Assembly: GCA_964016885.1 (NCBI GenBank)
Contig: OZ024741.1
Location: 402,690,001-402,754,000 of the forward strand
Direction of reading: 5' to 3'
Origin: Eledone cirrhosa
Lineage: Eukaryota
DNA length: 64,000 nt
A program made the position numbers and the translations under genes. The notes under the pieces are model-generated. The model ran no database searches, had not been told where the DNA came from, and saw only the letters and a program-made list of their open reading frames with translations. Positions 39,001-48,269 of this stretch are shown in pieces (within the stretch, counting starts at the first letter, position 1; each line of letters starts with the position of its first letter).

Positions 39001-42000
39001 ATAATATAAAATACCAGTAACCTCTTCCTTTCATCTTTACGGGGTCAATAATATAAAATACCAGTAACCTCTTCCTTTCATCTTTACAGGGTCAATAAAA
39101 TAAAATACCAGTAACCTCTTCCTTTCATCTTTACGGGGTCAACAAAATATAATACCAGTAACCTCTTCCTTTCATCTTTATGGGGTCAATAAAATAAAAT
39201 ACCAGTAACCTCTTCCTTTCATCCTTACAGGGTCAATAAAATAAAATACCAGTAACCTCTTCCTTTCATCTTTATGGGGTCAATAAAATAAAATACCAGT
39301 AACCTCTTCCTTTCATTCTTACGGGGTCAACAAAATAAAATACCAGTAACCTCTTCCTTTCATCTTTATGGGGTCAATAAAATAAAATACCACTAAACTC
39401 TTCCTTTCATCTTTACGGGGTCAATAAAATAAAATACCAGTAACCTCTTCCTTTCACCCTTACGGGGTCAATAAAATAAAATACCAGTAACCTCTTCTTT
39501 CATTTTTACGGGGTCAACAAAATACCAGTAACCTCTTCCTTTCATCTTTACGGGGTCAATAAAATAAAATACCAGTAACCTCTTCCTTTCACCCTTACGG
39601 GGTCAATAAAATAACATACCAGTAACCTCTTCCTTTCATCTTTACGGGGTCAATAATATAAAATACCAGTAACCTCTTCCTTTCATCTTTACGGGGTCAA
39701 TAAAATAAAATACCAGTAACCTCTTCCTTTCATCTTTACGGGGTCAATAAAATAAAATACGAGTATCCTCTTCCTTTCATCTTTACGGGGTCAATAATAT
39801 AAAATACCAGTAACCTCTTCCTTTCATCTTTACAGGGTCAATAAAATAAAATACCAGTAACCTCTTCCTTTCCTTTTTACGGGGTCAACAAAATATAATA
39901 CCAGTAACCTCTTCCTTTCATCTTTATGGGGTCAATAAAATAAAATACCAGTAACCTCTTCCTTTCATCTTTATGGGGTCAACAAAATAAAATACCAGTA
40001 ACCTCTTCCTTTTATCTTTATGGGGTCAATAAAATAAAATACCACTAACCTCTTCCTTTCATCTTTACGGGGTCAATAAAATAAAATACCAGTAGCCTCT
40101 TCCTTTCATCTTTATGGGGTCAATAAAATAAAATACCACTAACCTCTTCCTTTCATCTTTACGGGGTCAATATAATAAAATACCAGTAACCCCTTCCTTT
40201 CATCTTTATGGGGTCAATAAAATAAAATACCAGTAACCTCTTCCTTTCTTCCTTACAGGGTCAATAAAATAAAATACCAGTAACCTCTTCCTTTCATCCT
40301 TACAGGGTCAATAAAATAAAATACCAGTAACCTCTTCCTTTCATCTTTATGGGGTCAATAAAATAAAATACCAGTAACCTCTTCCTTTCATCCTTACAGG
40401 GTCAATAAAATAAAATACCAGTAACCTCTTCCTTTCATTCTAACGGGGTCAACAAAATAAAATACCAGTAACCTCTTCCTTTCATCTTTATGGGGTCAAT
40501 AAAATAAAATACCACTAACCTCTTCCTTTCATCTTTACGGGGTCAATAAAATAAAATACCAGTAACCTCTTCCTTTCACCCTTACGGGGTCAATAAAATA
40601 AAATACCAGTAACCTCTTCTTTCATTTTTACGGGGTCAACAAAATACCAGTAACCTCTTCCTTTCATCTTTACGGGGTCAATAAAATAAAATACCAGTAA
40701 CCTCTTCCTTTCACCCTTACGGGGTCAATAAAATAAAATACCAGTAACCTCTTCCTTTCATACTTACAGGGTCAATAAAATAAAATACCAGTAACCTCTT
40801 CCTTTCATCTTTACGGGGTCAATAATATAACATACCAGTAACCTCTTCCTTTCATCTTTACGGGGTCAATAAAATAAAATACCAGTAACCTCTTCCTTTC
40901 ATACTTACAGGGTCAATAAAATAAAATACCAGTAACCTCTTCCTTTCATTTTTACGGGGTCAACAAAATATAATACCAGTAACCTCTTCCTTTCATCTTT
41001 ATGGGGTCAATAAAATAAAATACCACTAACCTCTTCCTTTCATCTTTACGGGGTCAATAAAATAAAATACCAGTAACCTCTTCCTTTCATCTTTATGGGG
41101 TCAATAAAATAAAATACCACTAACCTCTTCCTTTCATCTTTACGGGGTCAATAAAATAAAATACCAGTAACCTCTTCCTTTCATCTTTATGGGGTCAATA
41201 AAATAAAATACCAGTAACCTCTTCCTTTCATCCTTACAGGGTCAATAAAATAAAATTCCAGTAACCTCTTCCTTTCATCTTTATGGGGTCAATAAAATAA
41301 CATACCAGTAACCTCTTCCTTTCATCTTTACGGGGTCAATAATATAAAATACCAGTAACCTCTTCCTTTCATCTTTACGGGGTCAATAAAATAAAATACC
41401 AGTAACCTCTTCCTTTCATCTTTACGGGGTCAATAAAATAAAATACGAGTAGCCTCTTCCTTTCATCTTTACGGGGTCAATAATATAAAATACCAGTAAC
41501 CTCTTCCTTTCATCTTTACAGGGTCAATAAAATAAAATACCAGTAACCTCTTCCTTTCCTTTTTACGGGGTCAACAAAATATAATACCAGTAGCCTCTTC
41601 CTTTCATCTTTATGGGGTCAATAAAATAAAATACCACTAACCTCTTCCTTTCATCTTTACGGGGTCAATATAATAAAATACCAGTAACCTCTTCCTTTCA
41701 TCTTTATGGGGTCAATAAAATAAAATACCAGTAACCTCTTCCTTTCATCCTTACAGGGTCAATAAAATAAAATACCAGTAACCTCTTCCTTTCATCTTTA
41801 TGGGGTCAATAAAATAAAATACCAGTAACCTCTTCCTTTCATCCTTACAGGGTCAATAAAATAAAATACCAGTAACCTCTTCCTTTCATTCTAACGGGGT
41901 CAACAAAATAAAATACCAGTAACCTCTTCCTTTCATCTTTATGGGGTCAATAAAATAAAATACCACTAACCTCTTCGTTTCATCTTTACGGGGTCAATAA

Positions 42001-42911
42001 AATAAAATACCAGTAACCTCTTCCTTTCACCCTTACGGGGTCAATAAAATAAAATACCAGTAACCTCTTCTTTCATTTTTACGGGGTCAACAAAATACCA
42101 GTAACCTCTTCCTTTCATCTTTACGGGGTCAATAAAATAAAATACCAGTAACCTCTTCCTTTCACCCTTACGGGGTCAATAAAATAAAATACCAGTAACC
42201 TCTTCCTTTCATACTTACAGGGTCAATAAAATAAAATACCAGTAACCTCTTCCTTTCATCTTTACGGGGTCAATAATATAACATACCAGTAACCTCTTCC
42301 TTTCATCTTTACGGGGTCAATAAAATAAAATACCAGTAACCTCTTCCTTTCATACTTACAGGGTCAATAAAATAAAATACCAGTAACCTCTTCCTTTCAT
42401 TTTTACGGGGTCAACAAAATATAATACCAGTAACCTCTTCCTTTCATCTTTATGGGGTCAATAAAATAAAATACCACTAACCTCTTCCTTTCATCTTTAC
42501 GGGGTCAATAAAATAAAATACCAGTAACCTCTTCCTTTCATCTTTATGGGGTCAATAAAATAAAATACCAGTAACCTCTTCCTTTCATCCTTACAGGGTC
42601 AATAAAATAAAATTCCAGTAACCTCTTCCTTTCATCTTTATGGGGTCAATAAAATAAAATACCAGTAACCTCTTCCTTTCATACTTATAGGGTCAATAAA
42701 ATAAAATACCAGTAACCTCTTCCTTTCATTTTTATGGGGTCAACAAAATAAAATACCAGTAACCTCTTCCTTTCATCTTTATGGGGTCAACAAAATAAAA
42801 TACCAGTAACCTCTTCCTTTCATCTTTACGGGGTCAATAAAATAAAATACCAGTAACCTCTTCCTTTCATCTTTACGGGGTCAACAAAATAAAATACCAG
42901 TAACCTCTTCC
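15073..42911. repeat. 47-bp satellite array, 27.8 kb, roughly 590-600 units (CCAGTAACCTCTTCCTTTCATCTTTACGGGGTCAATAAAATAAAATA; 42-bp variants lack one TAAAA)
   Basis: Uninterrupted single-orientation periodicity (e.g. CCAG at 18191 and 18238); the unit matches the central part of the SINEs at 43160-43595. Confidence 0.98.
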
Positions 42912-42977
42912 CACCAAAATTGTTGGCCTTGTGCCAAAAGTAGAAACAATTATTATTATTATTTCTTTTATTTTTAG

Positions 42978-43123
42978 AGATGAATGTTGACCACCAAAAA
43001 AGGGGCCTACATTTCAGAGATTCAGCCAAGATTCGACCATGTGAAGATTCAATTGGAAGTGAGGTTAGTTTAGAGAACACAAGGAGACGAGAAACTGAAG
43101 AGACTGAACTGTACTGTAATGAA
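42978..43123 (+). CDS. Putative internal exon of an unidentified host gene
   Basis: Pyrimidine-rich acceptor ATTTCTTTTATTTTTAG, open frame MNVDHQKRGLHFRDSAKIRPCEDSIGSEVSLENTRRRETEETELYCNE, donor AA|GTAAGA; sequence is unique within the window. Confidence 0.4.
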
Positions 43124-43140
43124 GTAAGAGCTCTTATTAT

Positions 43141-43595
43141 ATTTTAAGTTACAACCCTGGGTGTTGGATTGGCAGTATCGGTACTGGGTCGGACGCCATG
43201 CTTTGCAGTATAGAGTTACGGCCCTTTACGGTCTGAGTTCAAATGCCACCGAGGTTAACTTTGCCTTTCATCCTTACAGGATCGATAAAATAAAGTACCA
43301 GTAATTCACTGGGATAATTCCTGGCCTTGTGCCAAAAGTAGAAACAATTATATTTCAAGTTACAACTCTGGGTGGTGGATTGGAAGAATTGGTAGAACGT
43401 TGGACACCATGCTTCGTAGCATAGAGTTCTGTCCCTTTACATTCTGCGTTCAAATCCAGCTGAGGTTAGCTTTGCCTTTTACCCTTACGGGGTCGATAAA
43501 TAAAGCACCAGTAATACACTGTGGTCGATTTAATCGACTTTCCTCTCCTCCCAAAATTGTTGGCCTTGTTCCTAAATCAGAAACCATTATATTTT
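43141..43595 (+). mobile_element. Two tandem diverged SINE copies (source family of the 47-bp satellite)
   Basis: Each starts after AAGTTACAAC.CTGGG and has GTTCAAAT (B-box-like), GAGGTTA.CTTTGCCTTT.A.CCTTAC.GG.TCGATAAA..CCAGTAA and the tail TGGCCTTGT.CC.AAA..AGAAAC.ATTAT. Confidence 0.8.
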
Positions 43596-43769
43596 AAATG
43601 GTATATCGGCTGGAAATATTGACTTTCAATTTAGGTTATAGGTTGCAAGGTCACACATTTTGTCATGGGAGAGATACAGTTCATTCAATGGACCCCATTA
43701 TTTGACTGGTACTTATATAAGAAAGTTGACCACAGTGTGACAATAATCTCAACTATATGATGGCCAATT

Positions 43770-44303
43770 GTTACTGGCTCAATTTGTTTAGCTGTGGATA
43801 GCACAAACTTGATATCAAAATATATCTTACTGGTTCAAGTTGTCTAGATGTGAACACCATAGAAATGATACCAAAATATATCTTACTGGCTCAATTTGTC
43901 TAGCTGTGAACACTATAGAAATGATATTAAAATATATCTTACTGGTTCAATTTCTCTAGATGTGAATAAATACCATAGAAATGATATCAAAATATATCTT
44001 ACTGACTCAATTTGTCTAGATGTGAATAAATCCCACAAACTTGATATCAAAATATATCTTATTGGCTCAGTTTGTCTAGCTGTGAATAAATACCATAGGA
44101 TTGATATCAAAATATATCTTATTGGCTCAGTTTGTTTAGATGTGAATAAATATCACAAAATATTTTTACCGGTTCAATTCGTCTAGATGTAAATAAATAT
44201 CATGTGATTGATATCAAAATATTTCTTAGTGACTCAATTTGTCTAGCTGTGAACACCACAGGCTTAATATCAAAATATTTCTTACTGGTTTAATTTGTCT
44301 AGC
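43770..44303. repeat. About 56-60-bp AT-rich minisatellite, about 9 diverged copies
   Basis: Recurring TGATATCAAAATATATCTTACTGGCTCAATTTGTCTAG; lines 43981, 44041 and 44101 align at period 60. Confidence 0.9.
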
Positions 44304-44445
44304 CACTATGGTGGTAGTTAGATAGTCAGAAGTCATTTAGCTGCTATTTCTAGCAGGTTAAGTGATTACATTAATATTTTCTTGTTGTTTTGACAATGTA
44401 ACATTATGGAGGTAGTTGTTATAGTTAAATCATTAGTTTGGTCAG

Positions 44446-44497
44446 ATATCTTCAGGATCACATGAGAACCCATATCATTCCATTGTTATACTTCCAT
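44446..44497 (+). CDS. Putative small exon (ISSGSHENPYHSIVILP)
   Basis: CAG acceptor, phase compatible with 42978-43123, NPY motif, weak GTTTGT donor. Confidence 0.25.
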
Positions 44498-44686
44498 GTT
44501 TGTTTTGTGTGTACCAGTAGCCTCTTATCTTTCTCATATATGTGTGTCTACATACATTCACACACACTTTCACAATATATATATACACATATATATATAT
44601 ATATAACAAAGGAGTTGTGGTAAGGAACCAGATGGACCATAACGCACCAGAGTACTCAATACTTAGGGTAGTAGAGTGGGTAATAA

Positions 44687-44794
44687 GAAAATGTAAGACC
44701 CCGACGGCAGAGCTCAAGCCGTTTCGACGGCTGTTTCAGTCCAGAAATAGCCGTCGAAACAGCTTGAGCTCTGCCGTCGGGGTCATATATTTTC
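44687..44794. repeat. Near-perfect foldback (41-bp core arms, 6-nt loop) in an element flanked by (TA)n
   Basis: GACCCCGACGGCAGAGCTCAAGCCGTTTCGACGGCTGTTTC-AGTCCA-GAAATAGCCGTCGAAACAGCTTGAGCTCTGCCGTCGGGGTC. Confidence 0.9.
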
Positions 44795-44904
44795 CTATAT
44801 ATATATATATATATATATATATCATCATTGTTTAACGTCCATCTTCCACGCTAGCATGGGTTAGATGGTTTTGTTCCATTTGATGCGGGAATGGTATATA
44901 TATA

Positions 44905-45120
44905 TGTGGACGTGTAGGCGCCACGGAAATAAAGCACCCAGCACTCACTGTAAATGAGGTTGGTGCTAGGAAGGGCATCCAGCTGTAGAAATCAAGCCAG
45001 AATCAATTTCCGTATGAGCAAGTCAAGGTCAGCCAACTGGACACTGCCCACAACAGGACAACCTGTCTAACCCACGCTAGCGTGGAAGAACGGACGTAAA
45101 ATGGTGATGATGATGATGAT
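44905..45120 (+). mobile_element. RTE 3' UTR fragment with (GAT)n tail
   Basis: Homologous to 10345-10585; an oppositely oriented tail fragment lies at 44821-44890. Confidence 0.8.
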
Positions 45121-45226
45121 ATATATATATATGCTCCAACATGGCCTCAGCCAGATGGCTGGAACAGGTAAAAGAGTAAAAGAGTATATATATATATATA
45201 TCATCATCATCATCATCACTGTTTAA

Positions 45227-45446
45227 CCCTTTAGCATTCACATTACTCTACATTTACTATTATATTTTCATTGTAAAGGCTTTACCTCACATAATTATGT
45301 CACATAATATCGAATCTATGAGATTTTGAAAGTATTTATTTTGAGAACAATACCTTAACATCAGTTTGAGCGACCAGTTACAGCTGGTTTCAACAGAGAG
45401 AGGTAGAGAATTCTGGCTGGTTTTGGCCGGTTTGATCATTAAAGGG
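45227..45446. mobile_element. piggyBac-type MITE with TTAA TSD
   Basis: TTAA-CCCTTTAGCATT...ATTAAAGGG-TTAA, splitting an RTE tail ((CAT)n..GTTTAA|TGTC..TTCCATGCTAGCATGGGT). Confidence 0.85.
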
Positions 45447-46057
45447 TTAATGTCTATTTTTCCATGCTAGCATGGGTAAGATGGTTGTTTTAGCACTCAC
45501 TGCAGCTCCCAGAACAAACCGAGTCCATTTATAAACACTCCACCTCTATACATATATAGATATATAAACATATATATCTTCATATTATTTCAAGTGTTAA
45601 ACTAATACACACACACACACACACACACATACACACACACATATATATTCTTTTGTTTCTCTCTCTCTTTCTCTCTCTCTCTTTCTCTCTCTCTCTCACT
45701 CTCTCTCTCTCTCTCACTCCCTCTCTTCCCTTTAGAGAACATTGTTAATAGTTTTGGCAATGTAGACATTATCAGTGAAGAGAAACCAAAATAGTTGTCA
45801 GTGGTGGGCGAGAGTGGAGTGGAGTGATCACAAATGGACTCAGTTGGTTCTGGGGGTTACAGTTAGTGCCAAAACAACGTGGACACCCCCCGCCCCCTCC
45901 ATCCCCAACAACACTAATGTTGCTTGGCACCACTAGAGGGAGGTAGTAGTGTTAGGAGGTGCCAAAAGTGGAGATCTCTGATCAACTAATGAAGGAAAGG
46001 TAGGAAATGTCCTGCAGTGTTAGTTGTATGGAGTATATTGTTTCTATGATGTACATG

Positions 46058-46310
46058 TGTGTCTCTCTCTCTCTGTCTCTCTCTCTGTCTCTCTCTCTCT
46101 CTGTCTCTCTGTCTGTCTGTCTGTGACTGTCTGTCTGTCTGTGACTGTGTATGTGTCTGTCTGTCTGTCTGTCTCTCTGTCTGTCTGTCTGTGACTGTGT
46201 ATGTGTCTGTCTGTCTGTCTGTCTCTCTGTCTGTGACTGTCTGTCTGTCTGTGACTGTGTATGTGTCTGTCTGTCTGTGACTGTGTATGTGTCTGTCTGT
46301 CTCTCTGTCT
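46058..46310. repeat. Compound (TC)n/(TCTG)n/TGTGAC microsatellite preceding the retrotransposon array
   Basis: Read directly; closely related 132-bp versions at 51933-52064 and 57687-57818. Confidence 0.95.
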
Positions 46311-46485
46311 GAGGATAGTAGACGTGTGTCATATCGCTCTGTGATTTGGATTTTTACCTGCTAATTTTGTGAGTGGATTTTTTTGAATTATTTTGTATAA
46401 TTAACTGTAACCCCTAGTCTGGGACTCTAGACGTCGGGTAAATATATTTTCACCCCTTTTGGGGTGAAAAATAAATATTTGAGAA

Positions 46486-48246
46486 ATGTTTATCGATATC
46501 GTTGATAACGATATCGTCGAAAACGATATCGCCATATTGGAAGCGAACGCCACGCCGACCAAAAAAACAAGCGGGAAAGAGGGAACAACAGTTCAAACTG
46601 TTGAACAACCCCTCCTCTCCAATGAAAAAAAGAATTTCAATTCAAATGAAAAAATTAATTTTCAAGAAAAAAATAACACCACAAATAAGGAAACCAACAA
46701 CATTACAACAACAAACAAAGACAAAATTTCTTTTGCCCAAACACTCAAGAGAGCCACGGAGTACAAAGCCATTGACATCACGAACGCCAAGGAAAATTTG
46801 CTAGAGGCTAGAAAATACGTATCTTTTGGGGAGGATGGTTCTTTTACGATCAACTCCCCAGAAGAAGTGCGTGAACAGATTTACAAGAATACCGTAAGCT
46901 ACAGAACCATAACCAACGAAACGAGAAAGCCAGCGCAATTGACCGAAAGTCAAATCGAGCTGGTTCTGAAAGAAATTAAAAATGACATACTCTTTATTCA
47001 AAGAGGAAAGCTGTATGCCAGCATTATGGTCCGAATGAAGGACGAAATGCTGGCTCAGAAATATTCGGTGGCACCTATAGTGTCACCACATTACACCTTC
47101 TTCCCCACATATAAAGGAAGAAGAACACAAAGGATAAGAATGTGGAGCCCTACGCCAGAAATTAACATCTGGTCCGTCCTAACAGGATTTACCGACCTAG
47201 ATAAGGACATACTAATTTCAGCAGGGGAGTCCACCAGTGGACTGTTCGGGGGGAAAAGTCTGGAGGTTCTCTTACAGATGACACCTGAGAGAATCTCCGG
47301 AATACCCGACCGAGTGCTACTGGATGGGCGAACCTACATAAATATCACAGTGGAAGGCAGGAGACCCTCATGTTACCACTGCGCTGGCAGAGGTCACCTG
47401 AGGACGGCCTGCCCTCTACTAACAACTAAAAAACCACTGCTACAAACACCACAACAACAACAAAAACAACCAGCACCACCATCACAAAAACAACAAAATA
47501 CACTACCATCTCCACCAGAACAACAAAAACCAACAACACCACCACCACCACCACCACCACAACAACAACAACATCAACAACAGCTCAAGAAAACAACCCA
47601 AAACACGGTCCCACCCAGCCCCACCCCACAGAACACAAATACAAAAACAGTTCATACACAACCCGGAGATATACCCCTCCCCTCCAATACGGAAGAGGAG
47701 CTCATATCGTCGGAAGACGAGGGGGCTCCCTTCCAAAAAGTGAAAAGAAAAAAACGTACACACACCACAACAACAAAAATAACCCCACCTGACAACACAA
47801 CACAGACAATAAAACGCAAACTCACTCAACAACAACAAGCAAAAACAAACACAACAACACAAAAACTCTACACATACATAAACAAAAACAATGAAAACCT
47901 AACTTTAAAAATAGAAACCAACCCTTCGATACAAACCGAAGGGCCGAATTTCGTAACGGCAATGGGGCTCCCTAACCTGAAAATGGTGAAAATCCCACTT
48001 GACATTTTTAAAACTTTAAAAGACATGTACCCTGAGGACGTGGGCCCACCCTGCACCAGGCCACTCAACCGCGTCCTCCTGAAAGGTTTTCCCCTCCCCT
48101 CCTCAAACACCCACACAACTCCAAAGATCCCAACCCCTCCACACACCAATACCCCCACACCACCACAAACCACCACCCCACCCATCAACCCCGCCACCAG
48201 CCCCATGGAAACTGAGCGACCCGAACCCCGGGACGCAGAGAGGTAA
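46486..48246 (+). CDS. ORF1p, nucleic-acid-binding protein (586 aa)
   Basis: Zinc knuckle CYHCAGRGHLRTAC (CX2CX4HX4C), P/Q/T-rich low-complexity C-terminal half, basic KVKRKKR. Confidence 0.9.
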   Translation: MFIDIVDNDIVENDIAILEANATPTKKTSGKEGTTVQTVEQPLLSNEKKNFNSNEKINFQEKNNTTNKETNNITTTNKDKISFAQTLKRATEYKAIDITNAKENLLEARKYVSFGEDGSFTINSPEEVREQIYKNTVSYRTITNETRKPAQLTESQIELVLKEIKNDILFIQRGKLYASIMVRMKDEMLAQKYSVAPIVSPHYTFFPTYKGRRTQRIRMWSPTPEINIWSVLTGFTDLDKDILISAGESTSGLFGGKSLEVLLQMTPERISGIPDRVLLDGRTYINITVEGRRPSCYHCAGRGHLRTACPLLTTKKPLLQTPQQQQKQPAPPSQKQQNTLPSPPEQQKPTTPPPPPPPQQQQHQQQLKKTTQNTVPPSPTPQNTNTKTVHTQPGDIPLPSNTEEELISSEDEGAPFQKVKRKKRTHTTTTKITPPDNTTQTIKRKLTQQQQAKTNTTTQKLYTYINKNNENLTLKIETNPSIQTEGPNFVTAMGLPNLKMVKIPLDIFKTLKDMYPEDVGPPCTRPLNRVLLKGFPLPSSNTHTTPKIPTPPHTNTPTPPQTTTPPINPATSPMETERPEPRDAER

Positions 48247-48269
48247 GTGCCTCTTTCTTTGCCACCAAC

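Noticed and set aside
15073-42911. CRISPR-like regular repeat array
   Set aside because: Units are contiguous with no unique spacers, there are no cas genes, the context is eukaryotic, and the unit derives from a SINE.
43896-44186. 96-aa repeat protein ORF
   Set aside because: It results from the 60-bp minisatellite period being a multiple of three; flanking units break the frame.
46311-46440. HDV-like ribozyme at the element 5' end, which could explain the uniform 5' ends
   Set aside because: I could not assemble the nested double pseudoknot by eye; a descriptor search is needed.
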